Of a stretch of 64,000 nt of DNA, positions 38,677 through 51,723 are shown piece by piece; position 1 is the stretch's first letter, and each line of letters starts with the position of its first letter. The stretch is from contig JBPQGU010000016.1 in assembly GCA_051362555.1 (NCBI GenBank), positions 1,612,001 through 1,676,000 of the forward strand, written 5' to 3'. The position numbers and the translations under genes are program-made. The notes under the pieces were generated by a model. It searched no databases and was not told the origin of the DNA. It saw only the letters and a list, made by a program, of their open reading frames with translations. The DNA is from Lingula anatina. Lineage: Eukaryota; Animalia; Brachiopoda.

Positions 38677-39540
38677 ACAAGACAGCAAAGCTGTCAAATG
38701 TACAGACAACAAGAAAGAAAAATAATTCGATCAAGCTGAAAATAAAAGTGTTAACTACTTACTGTTATTCATCATTGCCAGTAAGAAAAACACTTAGCCC
38801 TTACACTATGCCTCAATTAATTACCATCAACCTTTTGATGTACCTTCGTCCACAGATCAGGGCCCACTCAAAGTATTTTATACCTAATAGGTGTATTAGA
38901 AGGATATTTCGTTATATCTTGTTGTACTATCCATATGTCAAGGCCCACTCAAAGTGTATTTATGGCTGACAGGCATGCCTAACTGACCTCCGATAGGTAT
39001 TTGAGTTTATTTAAAATGAGTTTATTTCCATTTGCAACACCTTATTACACAAAACACAAGCACAGATTTACAATTTATTGTAATCAACTAACAAGACTGT
39101 TAAGATGCTGAACATGGCAAAATGGCACTTAAACATATCTAAATAATTCAATACTGAGATTGTTATCATGCCTAAATGAATCAGAAAAAAAAAACACTTT
39201 TAAACAAAAAACAGCATAATTTTTTGGAAAATTGGGTCTTTCAAGCTTATTTTCGAACTTTATCTGTAATCCATGAATATTTATCAGTTCTGTAAGATTG
39301 AAGGCAAAAGGTAAAACAGTTTTAAAAACAGCATCACTTTTTGAAAATGGTCCGATCAGGTTGGTTTTCGAACTTGACCTGTATTTCATAAATACTCATT
39401 AGTTCTGTAAGTTTGAAGACAAAATAAAAACCCAATTTTTATTTTATTTGTATAACGGAGGATCAGATGGGCTAAAAAAGCAAAAATAGCATAACTTTTG
39501 AAAAAAAAAAAAAAAAAAAAAACGGTCCATGACACACGTA
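38677..39540 (-). mobile_element. Truncated Helentron-associated (HINE/DINE-1-like) element, same family as 60591-62833
   Basis: Terminus acaaGACAGCaaaGCTGTCaaatgtacagaca (hairpin plus subTIR) is nearly identical to 60591-60622. Shares the internal repeat aaaacagcataa...ttttcgaacttgacctg. The right boundary is approximate. Confidence 0.7.
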
Positions 39541-39633
39541 TTTCGCAAAAATAACTACAAGGTATGTGACTTAGTGTACCTGGCTGAGTCCAAAGCTAAA
39601 ACGTTATAAATGAAAATCACCTTTTGTTATTGT

Positions 39634-39680
<47 letters not shown>

Positions 39681-40657
39681 AAATGCTGCTTTCAGTGAAA
39701 GGCAAAACGCAGTGTAAATGAAGGTACCAAGGCCGGCTTAAGCCATTTTAAATGACCATGCAAGTTCCAGCTTGGGTGCCCAATTTGCAGAAATGTGTAC
39801 GCAGTCCCCTGGGAAGTAAAGGAAGTGTCAGTAAAACAGGAAGAAGTTGGGTGGCCAACCCAAACAAGTGCACATATCCAAGGACCAAACCTGACAAAAA
39901 TACATGTATGAATAAAGAGGGTAGACCTCTATAACACGGTAGTGTTACAAATTTTAGTAAGAACTTAATTTAAGTTTTAAAAACATTTAAAATTCATTAG
40001 TTACAATAAGATTGCAAAAACAACATAAGTCTCATTAGACGTTCAAGCACTGACCAAACATAATAACCTTCCGATCTCAGGCCAGCGAATGAGTGCCGTA
40101 ATTAATCACCTCTAGTGGTCGGCAAACGCGTCAATTAAATTGCAAGCAGAGGACAGAGCAACAGCAGATATATATAGAAAGATTTAATTGATTATCTCTT
40201 GGTGTCATGTATTAGTATTTAATAAGCACTTCGCTAGTTCAGGAAAATGACCAGTTCCGGTTCGGTCAAAATTAAATATTAAGAATCAAAGAACCGGGCA
40301 AATCATACTATTTAAATCGAAGGTCTAGAATCAGTATTTCTAATAATTAGGTAAATGTTGAATCAAAAATGTCCATCCTTGACGTGAGATGTGAACCACC
40401 TGTCGCCCTAATTTTGTTATAAAAATGCAGCATTTTGCCGCATTCGGCAAGTGTTCGGCAAGTGTTCGGTAAATGTTCTGCGAGTCGGGAAAGTAGTAGC
40501 ATAGGAAGGAGTAACTGAGGGAGAGACGTTGTGGTCACATCTTCAACTTGATGTAGTCCTTGTGCGCAGAATAAAATTCCTTTTAGAGGAAAAAGAGAGT
40601 TGTTCATAACTTTACAGTGACGCGCTTTTATCACACGTAAAAGCCCCCGTCACAGTT

Positions 40658-40667
40658 TGGTGGAGGA
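40658..40667 (+). promoter_or_regulatory. Primer binding site of the LTR element
   Basis: TGGTGGAG three nt after the 5' LTR, complementary to a tRNA 3' end ...CUCCACCA (tRNA-Ala-like; inference). Confidence 0.7.
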
Positions 40668-40711
40668 ATCAGCTCGATCCAGCTACGCGCACGCCAAGCA
40701 ACGCTCCACGT

Positions 40712-41779
40712 ATGTCAGCCCGACCCGAAAATTATTGGTCAGCGCCATCTGCGAACACCAGGAACAAGAAAACAGGTGAGACGCACTCTAAAACTGTAAA
40801 AGAACCTACATCTCCCCTCTCCGGCGAAACGTCACCTATATCGTCACGTTCATCCTCACCTGCTCTATCTCAAATTAACGAATCCGCTGAATCATTTGCG
40901 CCGCCGCAACCGTTAGACGCTATTTCTGATTCTCAGTCGCTAACTTCTGATATTTCCACCTCTACGCCACCGTCAACCCCACCGCCTGCCCCAGTTTATG
41001 CAATGTCAGCAGAAACAAGTCTGTTACCTGAAAAATTCACGGGTAGCGCGATAGAAGATCCAGATAGATGGCTATCGCACTTCAAAAATTATGCGTCATA
41101 CCGCGCTATGACGGAAGAACAACAAATAGCCTCTTTTCCATTGTTACTGCGAGGCGCAGCCTTAGACTGGTTTGATACACTTGCTGACGATCAGCGTCAA
41201 AACATTAACGCTATAGAAAATACATTTCGGGCACGATTTCAACCAACTGAAAGTTCTAAATGGGCCACTGTGTCCAGTTTATTCCAACGCCGCCAAAAAC
41301 AGGCTCAACCAGTCCAAGATTACATAGCGGAAATGAGACGCGAAGCCGCGCGAGTGAAATTGCCTGAAGAACAAACCATACAAGCTATTTTACATGGCCT
41401 ACTACCCGAAATACGACCATTCGTGGCTCAGCACGAACCTCACAATTTCGAGGATCTCATTGCGCGCGCCAGACAGTCAGAAACTGCAGTACAACCCACT
41501 ACGTCATCTGCATCTATCAATGCGCTGAATACACAACTCTCCGAAATCAAAACGCAGCTCTCACAACTGGCCGTGTCTGCTGTGAATCCGGCACCAATCA
41601 CTCCAATACAACCCCCAGGTAGAAACCCTATGGCCGCCGATTTTCAACCCCAAGCACCGCCCAACCCTCGCTACGAATACGGCAGAAACCAACAGCGATG
41701 GCAGTATCGTCCACTTCGACCCAACTACGACATGCGCAATGTGCAGCCCAGATTTCAACGGAACACTCCAGCACGCTAA
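40712..41779 (+). CDS. gag: Ty3/gypsy Gag (capsid) protein, 355 aa, no zinc knuckle
   Basis: PEKFTGS..EDPDRWLSHF...LLLRGAALDWF...FRARF...RRQ....VQDY (major homology region-like)...ILHGLLPEIR..V. S/P-rich N-terminus and Q/R/P-rich tail. The stop codon TAA is supplied by the start of the 3' LTR. Confidence 0.9.
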   Translation: MSARPENYWSAPSANTRNKKTGETHSKTVKEPTSPLSGETSPISSRSSSPALSQINESAESFAPPQPLDAISDSQSLTSDISTSTPPSTPPPAPVYAMSAETSLLPEKFTGSAIEDPDRWLSHFKNYASYRAMTEEQQIASFPLLLRGAALDWFDTLADDQRQNINAIENTFRARFQPTESSKWATVSSLFQRRQKQAQPVQDYIAEMRREAARVKLPEEQTIQAILHGLLPEIRPFVAQHEPHNFEDLIARARQSETAVQPTTSSASINALNTQLSEIKTQLSQLAVSAVNPAPITPIQPPGRNPMAADFQPQAPPNPRYEYGRNQQRWQYRPLRPNYDMRNVQPRFQRNTPAR

Positions 41780-43299
41780 CACGGTAGTGTTACAAATTTT
41801 AGTAAGAACTTAATTTAAGTTTTAAAAACATTTAAAATTCATTAGTTACAATAAGATTGCAAAAACAACATAAGTCTCATTAGACGTTCAAGCACTGACC
41901 AAACATAATAACCTTCCGATCTCAGGCCAGCGAATGAGTGCCGTAATTAATCACCTCTAGTGGTCGGCAAACGCGTCAATTAAATTGCAAGCAGAGGACA
42001 GAGCAACAGCAGATATATATAGAAAGATTTAATTGATTATCTCTTGGTGTCATGTATTAGTATTTAATAAGCACTTCGCTAGTTCAGGAAAATGACCAGT
42101 TCCGGTTCGGTCAAAATTAAATATTAAGAATCAAAGAACCGGGCAAATCATACTATTTAAATCGAAGGTCTAGAATCAGTATTTCTAATAATTAGGTAAA
42201 TGTTGAATCAAAAATGTCCATCCTTGACGTGAGATGTGAACCACCTGTCGCCCTAATTTTGTTATAAAAATGCAGCATTTTGCCGCATTCGGCAAGTGTT
42301 CGGCAAGTGTTCGGTAAATGTTCTGCGAGTCGGGAAAGTAGTAGCATAGGAAGGAGTAACTGAGGGAGAGACGTTGTGGTCACATCTTCAACTTGATGTA
42401 GTCCTTGTGCGCAGAATAAAATTCCTTTTAGAGGAAAAAGAGAGTTGTTCATAACTTTACAGTGACGCGCTTTTATCACACGTAAAAGCCCCCGTCACAC
42501 CTCACAGGGATATAAGACTTCCCAAGAGATGTGTTGATTGACCGTAATAGACTATGCTCTGAACTTTAAAGTGGCCATTATTATTAATCATGCAGGCTAT
42601 GAACTTTAAAGTGAACAGTATTGTTAATCAGGTCAAATAAGTTTAGAGTGATTATCATGATTAATTCAGTTTTGAACTTCAGTGTAATATTACTATTTAT
42701 CAAAGTGACAATGAACTATTGAATGAACCTTATGAATGAACTTAACAGTGACCATGAATTGACTGAATTTCAACTGCTGATTACTTTAAGAATATTTTGA
42801 GTGTTAAATGGTTTTACGTGTAAATGTCTAATGAGCCAGATTCCAGGAGGAATCAGTAAACTTAGAGGCGTGGTGTGTAACGATTATGCATAGTCTTATT
42901 TCAGGGTCAAATAACTGTAGTAAGTTATAGCCTTATGTTTACTCAGCAAGTCTGGTGTTGAACTTTGAACATTAAATTCGAATGGCTTGTGTCAGTTTAC
43001 TAAACAGGGGCTTGTTGTGTCTAGAGGAGGGATTGGCGGTCAACCGTTCACTTTTCCCTGCTTGCCAGTCAAGTTTGCAGTGTAGACAGTTAAAACTCCA
43101 GGCAGTAGACAGCGAAATAGCTGGTGCCAGATACATGTACATGTCACTTGTCAAGTGTTCGTAGACAATAAAAGAAGAAAACCACCTGAAGTGTTGTGCG
43201 GTTTTCACAGATCAGAGTAAGCCGCACAGGTGGCAGGAATTTAATCTACTTAAAGAAAATCTCGATAAGGTTTTTAAAAAAGAAAAAAAAATAACATAA

Positions 43300-43344
<45 letters not shown>

Positions 43345-44216
43345 TTTGATTAGGGTAAAGACAGAATCTTACAATTTATTTTATGTAAAGTCAACCACAT
43401 CGAGCATCTAAGTCTATCTGATTGGCCTTAACATGTAATTACGCCAGGGGTTTTATTGTTCCAGGTCATTAATCCTCATTTAGTGCAGTCAAATGGTCGT
43501 GGGGGAAGGGGAAGGAGGGGCTTCTATCATTATACTGTCTTCATACACAGCACTAAACATGTACCACGTAGGCGGATATCTTGCGTGAGCAAGTGGGGAA
43601 AAAAGCCCCTTCATTAAGCAAGGCCTCGCTGTGTTTGAAACTTGTCAGAGACTTAAACAATGTAATCTGAAGATAATGCGGTTACAATGACTTACCCTTG
43701 TGAACCTTGTCGTGTTTTAAGCGTGCACAAATCCCATGTCCCTTCGCAGCGCGTACGTTAAGACGTGTATTCCTGAAGCTGATGCCTGCATTCTCTGTGC
43801 GTCTTGTACCAACACGACACAATGTACGTGACCTATTTCGACATCAATAAGCGGTTAGCAAGTCCCTGTAACTGTGATACCTACTGGTGTTTCTCTCTCC
43901 CGTTCTCTCTCTCTCTCTCTCTTTATTTTTTTGTGAGTGTGTGTGTGCGTGTGCCTGTCTCTCGCCGTCTGCAGACTTAGTTAAGAGACTCGAGTACACT
44001 GAATATAGAACCAATTTGTATTTCAGTCTCACCAGTTTAAACAATCATATAGGCTGGTCCTGAAAAAGGCTTATAAAGTTACTTTCATTTCCTCGGCCAG
44101 CTATACTCGGTTTGACACTGGGTTATGATATAAAATACTAGTATATATGACGGTTCATTTCAGGGTGCGGTCGTCCTTCAAAACCAATGGGTCGTGAAAT
44201 ATAAAAGATAGAGCTA

Positions 44217-46294
44217 CACACACTGGACAAAAGAAGTGTCACCCCCTACCACAGAGTAATAAAAGTAGGCAGATCTTGGGTACTTATAATGCCTGGTTTA
44301 CTTATAATGTGACTAATGAGTATAAAATCGCTATACCATGGAATTGTATTGTTGGTCTTGTACATGTACAGCAAATGTTATTCCTGTCTTCCTCCAATAT
44401 GGCAAGATACAGGCAATTATCTAACGGTTATAGGTGCAAGTTATTAACCTGAAGAGGCGGAATATAAGCAATGTCAGAATATCGATACAATTGAATTGTT
44501 CAGTCAGAACCGTGCAGAGGGTCTGCTCTCGGTATAGAAACACTGGATCAAGAGACAAATTGCCTCTGATGGGTCGTCCAAGAAAAAAATACTGGCCGTG
44601 AAGACCGACGACTGATTTTGATGCCCAGGGGCCGGTTTCACAAAGCAGTAGTTAGTTAGCGATCGGTAGTTAGCCTCTCGCTAGTTATAGTGCCGTTTCA
44701 CGAAGCAGTCGCTAGTTCTCTCGCTCTTTATTGTGTCGTTGTTACCTTGGATATTTAGCGACTGGTTAGACCAGTCGCTAACTCTAGAGTTTCATCGTAC
44801 GCATGCGTAATGAGTGAAATAAAAAGGTTGCTTAGTTACCGTTGTCTGTCGTCTGTCTTTGTATGCAATATGGCGGCTACCTTTCTTGCTAACCGTACCG
44901 CCAGACGGCAACGTAGACTACGACGTTTTCATGAAAGGCAGAATCTATTAGAATATACGCGCGATGATGCAATTTACGAGAGGTTGTGCCTAGCTGTGAC
45001 AAAAAGAGCGGCAAAAAGGTGGTGGAGATCCTTTACGACGACCTCAAAGCAGACGTTCTTATGCATTTCCAGCCGCCGGAAATTGGAGAGTTAGTGCTTT
45101 CGCGACACTTTTACGCAAGAGTTCCACTTCCGGTAGACTGTTTCGAGACTACGGTGAGTAACGAGAGAACTAACGACCGAACTTTACGACTGAACTTAGC
45201 GATGAGTTAACTACTGCTTCGTGAAACACCCCTCGAAAATCGCTAAGTTTGCTCGTTAGCGAGGTAGTTCAGTAGTTAGTTGTTCTAACCAACTACTGCT
45301 TTGTGAAACCGGCCCCAGGTTGTCAAAGTTCGACACTGCTTGTCAGTTGACAACACAGTGGAACAATTTCACACATAAGTATGTGTCTGTGAAAATTGCT
45401 AGGCCTCGGTTACATGCTCTGAGAGTGTACAGCAGGGTAGCAAGACTGAAACCTCTTATATCGTTACAAAACAGGCAACGTAGAGTAAACTAGGGTCAAC
45501 AGGATCTGGAACTGGACAGTTCATGATAATTGGTCCTATATATTTTTTTCTGATGAGTGTCGCTTTGGTCTGACCTCTGATGACAGACGGGTACAATGCT
45601 GAAAAACTGCTGGTAAAGCATTTGAACCACATGCACCGAATTTTCGAACCCGGAGCAGCATATTCATCATGGTGTGGGACTGCATCAGCATCCATGGCTT
45701 GGGCGAATTGATAGTGGTTAATGGAAACATGAATCACTAGAAATATATCGATGTTTTGGAGTCAGGCTTGCTACCATCTATTACTAACATGTTTAGTGCC
45801 AGAAATTATCCATTTGTTCACCAGGATGACAATGCTCCCTGTCACAGGCCCAGAGCAGTTGCTGATTGGTTTGACCAACAGGACATTCGCAGGGTGATGT
45901 GGCCTGCCCAGAGTCCGGATGCAAACATAACAGAAAATGTGTGGAATGATATGTCAAAACTTTTCTCAAATGCCCGTCTAACCAGCAGAGAAACTCTGTT
46001 ATATTCAGTGTTTCATGCTTGGGCCAGCATAAGCCCTGAACGCATCAGACAATTATATGAAACCTTGCTTCGTAGACTGGCACCTATTATTAGGTCACGT
46101 GGCTATGCCACTAAGTACTAATTTTGGACTTGAAACTGCATATTTTGGTAGAATGTATATTTTGTTCTCATTTTGTGATTTTTTGTGAAATTTGATGTTA
46201 ATAAAATGATACCAGGAGCATATCATTCCACAGTCATTTATCTCCTTCATAGTTTTGGCTCAGTAGGGGTGACACTTCTTTTGTCCAGTGTGTG
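44217..46294 (+). mobile_element. Tc1 (DD34E) transposon with a disrupted transposase
   Basis: TIR CACACACTGGACAAAAGAAGTGTCACCCC with TA TSDs. Transposase remnants from ~44399 to 46121: GRPRK, FFSDE, QDDNAPCH-WPAQSPDANITENVW (34 residues between D and E), RGYATKY. Confidence 0.92.
44629..45315 (+). mobile_element. Non-autonomous Harbinger element nested in the Tc1 transposase
   Basis: TIR GGGCCGGTTTCACAAAGCAGTAGTT, with TSD CAG at 44626-44628 and 45316-45318. The internal MAATFL...RRFHERQNLLE...DDAIYER resembles a Harbinger transposase N-terminus. Confidence 0.88.
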
Positions 46295-49200
46295 TAGGCG
46301 CGTAAGTCGGCGAAATGTGCAGAAAATGGGCATTTTAGACTTGATGTCAACATTTAATTGGTTTAATGTAATTTTATAAGTGACTTGAATCCCAAAAATC
46401 CCCAAATCAACTAACAATATTACTTTTAATAAAATAAATTATTTTGAAGGTTAAGTAACAATATTTTCATATCATAATTGAAACATAATCTACTTTTCTA
46501 TACTATTGCGGTAAATTTACTATATTGGTGGTCTTTGGGCGATCAATACTTTTTTCTGTTTATTAAAAGGATTTTTCTTATTGCCATATGAAGTTACACT
46601 TATATTAGCCCAATAAATATCCTCGAGCTGCCCTTCAATAATCGCAAATAACAATTCTGGACCATCAAGCCACACTTTGCTGCCAAATCGTTTTTTTTTT
46701 TTTTTGCCTTTGGCTCATAGACTTTAAGCGAACAATTCATTTTATACAACCCCGTACATAAAGGTTCAGTTATACATACGTGCGCCAATCAAAGTGAGTT
46801 ATAGTAACTTATACAGTGAACTGTTTTACCTGCGTGACAGGAAGAGGATCAAATATGTACACCGGACTGTACTTAAAACCGATAGAGACATCTACTGGTA
46901 GCAATATAAAGCAGTCTCAACTAACACAATACTCACAGATGTTCAAAAAACAAAATTACTCACATTATGTTAATTAACTTCAATTTTATGCGGTCGTGAC
47001 GAGTGCGGCGGCGGGGGATGGGGTTTCAGTTACGTGACTCTCATACTTAACAACCAGACCATTCAGTTGCCAATCTTTCGATAATCCGGGGATCTGTCGC
47101 TTGATGGCCTGGAGACCCTTTCAGTCCTTCTAAAATCTCGCGTAATCTTGCTCGCAGTTTCACATCATAGTGCAACATAGGTGTAGCTGAATATAAGCTA
47201 ACTAACAAAATATTCGAATGAAGTTGGGCAACGAGAAGGCATTTTATGGAGTAAAGCCTCCCCAACGCGAACCGGTAAGTCTGACTTTGGGCCATTTTCA
47301 TAAATCTATAGTGATATACTAACCTTGCTCAGTGTCTTTTCTTTTCACATATTGTAATTCGACAATTTACTCACTGGATGTAAATTTGCATTTTTAAATT
47401 TAAAAACCGCACTAGTGGGAAGTATCCCCCAAGCCCTTAGTTTCGTTACAACTATGGCAAAACAGAGAGTCCGAATGAGGAGATAAATTTCCCCTATTAT
47501 TTCAGCTAGAAGAATGGTCAGAGAAAGTCAGGAAATATGACATAAAAAATAAAGCGGTTAATCCAGGCACTAAAAAAGGAAGTTGTGTGAGGAGGATAGG
47601 GTTGACTAACTACCAAAAGAAGTATATAGTTTTCATATTCATCTACTTGAAAAAGTATGTCTACCTACGGCTGGAGGACACTAATAATATGACAGATAAA
47701 GGGTTTTGTCAGTCATGTAGTAACAAGAAGATCCCTCCTAGAAAGTGCAGCAATTCATTGGACCTTCATCACATAAAATATATATATATTTTTTTTTATT
47801 TCGAATGCTAGTATACCTACAGTTTAGTAGACCTATCACCATCTTGTATGATCACCATAATTTAAAATTTTCTAAGAAATATTGGGGTGAAATTAAAAAT
47901 GCATTACTTTACATGGCGAGATGCAAAAAGTTTAATCTATCCACCCACGCGCATAAAATTCAATGCGGATATTTTATTATCGCAACCAGTCCAATGGCGC
48001 ACGTTTTACTGGGAGTAATGTGACGTAGAATTAATAGGGGATGTCCGGGATAGCCTATTTTGAACATCTGCGCAGCAGATGACGTCAAACGAGACCTGGA
48101 TTGGAGCGAGATTTCACGAGAGGTGGGGTTAAAATCTGCCATTGAAACTTCTCTCGCGGTCAGGCACAAGTCTATGTTTTAGGATTGCATTGAGTAAAAT
48201 TTGGCGTTGTCATGTAATTTGAGATAGAGCAACGCAATGGCGAATTGCTAATGTTGTGTCGTAGGGTGCATTGCAGATAAAGGTAAGCGAGAAAACCAGG
48301 AAAATGACTATGGATGATGGACACGACTGGCGAGAGAAGTGAAGTGAAGAAAGAGAAGCTGGGCTTGATTAGATTAAAAGGACTAAATACCGAAATATTT
48401 AAAGTACAGATCAGGTCGCAGTATTTTGTAGAAAGAAAGGGACCAACTGCAGACAACTCGCACCCTGCACGTCACTGGCTCCATGGCATCACCGTACAGA
48501 CCGTATCATCAACGGTCGAGGGGCATTTTAATAAGTAAGTTTTGTGTGTAGTTTACAGGACACCATGGTTTATTAATGTAATACAGCCCTAGTACTTGTG
48601 ATTAATAGTCTTTTACGGTAACTATATCAGACAAATTTGCTTGTACCATTCCTATCTCCATATAACGTGTACCTGATTATGAAATACTGGTGAACCTTCC
48701 ACACCTATTAAGTATACACAATGTTCAGTTGTAATATTCCATGCCGGGTGGTCAGTTATGATAATTGCAATTTGCAAGTAAGGTGGAAATTAGAGTTGAT
48801 ATTTTACAACAACGTTTATCACATAATGATATATATTTCAGAAAACTAAGTGAGTTATTTTTTATTTATTTTAGAGAATGACAGACACAGCACATGTTAT
48901 TGAACCAGGCAAGAACTGCGAGAGTTGTGTGGTCAGAATAATCAGATGTTGAAGATTGCTCAGTGTATATTAATCTCTTATGTCCTTAGTTATTATGTTG
49001 TTTACTTAATTATATCAGGAGTCAACAGATGGCATTTTTTTCTGGGTGTCACTTACAGTATCAGGCATTTTCTTTATTACTTTAAAGTGAAATATTTGGT
49101 TTTATGAATATATATATATATGTATATAGGCCTATGTATTGTACTGCACTAGTGATTTAATGAAGAAAATTATTTTACTTGCTAGTATCATTCTTATGTT

Positions 49201-49400
49201 ACTGTAGTGACTTTTTTAATAACTATATGACACCTGTTTTTCATATCATTTACTCAGATCACAAATACAAGTTCGCCTGTGATGTGTTTATTTGTTGCAT
49301 TTGTGTATAACTGTCAATAAAATGCAATGATTTTGTGAAAATTTCAACTTATATGTTGTCCATTTTAATACTTTCTTTTGTCATCTTTCCTGTCACTTAA

Positions 49401-49777
49401 AGATGCATACAAAGTCAATTTTTTGTCACAAAAACCAACCAAAAGCCAGCATATAGTTTCAAGTAGTATAACTAAGAGAATTACCAAAAGGCATTATTTA
49501 CTTTTACCCGAAAATGATGTTTGAACGGATTTTTCTGCTGGCATTCTAAGCTGTATGTCAATGGGGCAGGAAAGTAGGTCACAAAAGTAGGTTAAATTTA
49601 CAACCAAAAATTTAAAGAAAGGAGCAGTCTAAAGGTCTTTTATGGCTGATCGAGTGATCTATTCAGTTTATCCCTTGGCATGTCAAATTTATTTGAGTCA
49701 TATAAGAATCTAGTAGAAGTGGTTTACATGTGTTACTGGGAATCCACACTCCACCGATGCTCGGTTCGTATGTACCT
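49401..49777. mobile_element. Kolobok-like MITE
   Basis: TTAA|AGATGCATAC...GTATGTACCT|TTAA: TTAA target duplication with AG...CT termini. Confidence 0.7.
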
Positions 49778-51571
49778 TTAAGTCGGATCTGATCACAATG
49801 AAACTTACATTTTGTGAATGCTATCCATTAGTTTCTATAGCATCATTTTCATAAGTAAATAAATGAAGAAAATTAACTTTATGATCAAACACGAGCCTTT
49901 TAAATTAGTTACTATAAATTTAGTGAAATTAAATCAAAGATGCAGGCAAGTCTAATGTTCTGATATGGCATCCATCCAATGTGTAAGTTCAGCTATTTTT
50001 CAAGTAAAGAAATCGCTGCTCTACTTCCTTGTGGACTCCATATTCTAACCCCACCTCAAGGCAGATCTCGTAAAATCACGGGGAAACTTGGTCTTCTCGT
50101 TGAGAACCCGGACAGCCTCTATTAGGGGACGACACCAAGTGAAGGCCTACTAGGAAGTGTAATTGGTGCATGGACGCAGTAGCTGACCCAGTATTATTCC
50201 CAAAATATTACACTTTTTTTTTTACTTGATGCCTTTATTGTCTTTCAATTTTATTCGGAATATTTACAAATACTTCATACTTAGGAATTATATTTTGCAT
50301 AGTTTTCAAATGCATAATGATTTAAGATCAATGATAAACAACTTGCCCTTTAAAAATAAAACCCATGCCGGTAGAATAGTTACGAACCATTTTACATCAA
50401 AGCATAAATCACGTATATGTCATGTACAAAGTCAATACCCAGCGGTACAACAGGCAGAATTCATTCAGTTCAAGCTCCTGTGACAAGGAATTGTGGTCAC
50501 TTGCAGATCAAACTGTAGTCCATTCACATAGTGAAGTATGACTGCGTTGGAGAGCTAATGAAAAGTTGCATGTCGCGTATCTAAGAACTAAACAGTGTAG
50601 GCATACAGGTTCAAAATATTATGTTCATTATGTAAAGTTTTCTTTGAAAACTCATAAAAAATAGCTGAGCTATCAGTACAACTGCACTAAGACGTACTGG
50701 ACATTTCGACACAGAAAAAAAAAAACATTTATCATTAAAATGGCGTTATATATATGATGTGAACAATCAAAACGGGGACATCTCTATATAAGTATTATTT
50801 CCAAGGTAAACATACCTATATTCACTTCATATACATAACGCCATTATAATGATTAATGTTTTCCAGTGTTTGACTTTCCGTCGAGATGTCTTTATGCGAA
50901 AACCATACATTTTCTAATGTTTTTACCTTGATTACGTTTGAACACTGAAAGTATTCAGGATACTGTTACCATTTGCCAAAAAGCTATTTACTACCCTACA
51001 TTCTTCTGTATTAGCAAAAAATATTCAGTTATCAGTTACTGTATCATCTATATTATCTTATGGTGACGTCACAAGTGCAAATTCGGGGTAAATTGAAAGG
51101 AATCGGTTTCTCAAATATCCTCTTTACCTGCATGTGCACCCACAAACACCGTTTCAACGCCCTTTTTTTCTTGAAAGCCTTAGTTCAGATTTTATTGTTG
51201 ACAAAGCAAAAACAGTAATAGTGCCTTTGTTTAATGAAAATATGTAATTATGAACTCATAACTTCATAACAAAAACATTAAAACAAAATGAAGCCTATTC
51301 TCTTGTGGACAACTTTGCCAATTCCCTTGATAAAGTCTCGTTCAGGGATGAAGTTTTACGCACCATACCGATTGCTATCTCACCTCAAATTAGAAAGGTA
51401 CGTGTTATATTGACGATAATATAAAGAGCAATTAAAATAAAGAATGCAGTGTCTTGTACGTAAACCAATCTGTATCATAATGTCCAAATAATATAAACGC
51501 ACTTCTTAAAACCAATTATCTAAATGTAAGTACAATTTGCTAATTATCAAGACTGCAAAACCTAATGGCAG

Positions 51572-51723
51572 GTCTTCATCATCCCGCCGTTCCATTAGCT
51601 AATGTCTTCATCATCCCGCCGTTCCATTAGCTAATGTCTTCATCATCCCGCTGTTCCATTAGCTAATGTCTTCATCATCCCGTCGTTCCGATAGCTGTTT
51701 TCATCATCCTGCTGTTCCATTGA
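51572..51723 (-). repeat. 29/32-nt tandem repeat (5 units) spanning the stop codon of paralog C
   Basis: tcttcatcatcccgccgttccattagctaatg repeated on the + strand. Confidence 0.9.

Larger units (their letters stand above)
39930..42499 (+). mobile_element. Ty3/gypsy-type LTR element containing only gag (LTR-PBS-gag-LTR)
   Basis: LTRs 39930-40654 and 41777-42499 show no differences by eye and both end CCGTCACA. 4-bp TSD CCTC at 39926-39929 and 42500-42503. PBS TGGTGGAG at 40658. No pol and no PPT. Confidence 0.93.

Noticed and set aside
40347-42479. Two identical 95-aa minus-strand ORFs (40347-40634, 42192-42479)
   Set aside because: They lie within the two LTRs. Their identity reflects LTR duplication and they have no recognisable domain.
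47940-49330. Possible small spliced gene (GC-richer start, gtaagt donor at ~48535, acceptors at ~48874 and ~49258, AATAAA at ~49316)
   Set aside because: I could not build a coherent ORF or recognise a domain. It needs RNA-seq or a homology search.
51572-51723. 32-bp repeats of CRISPR-like length (also the array at 57665-58795)
   Set aside because: The units are head-to-tail with no unique spacers, there are no cas genes, and the context is eukaryotic.
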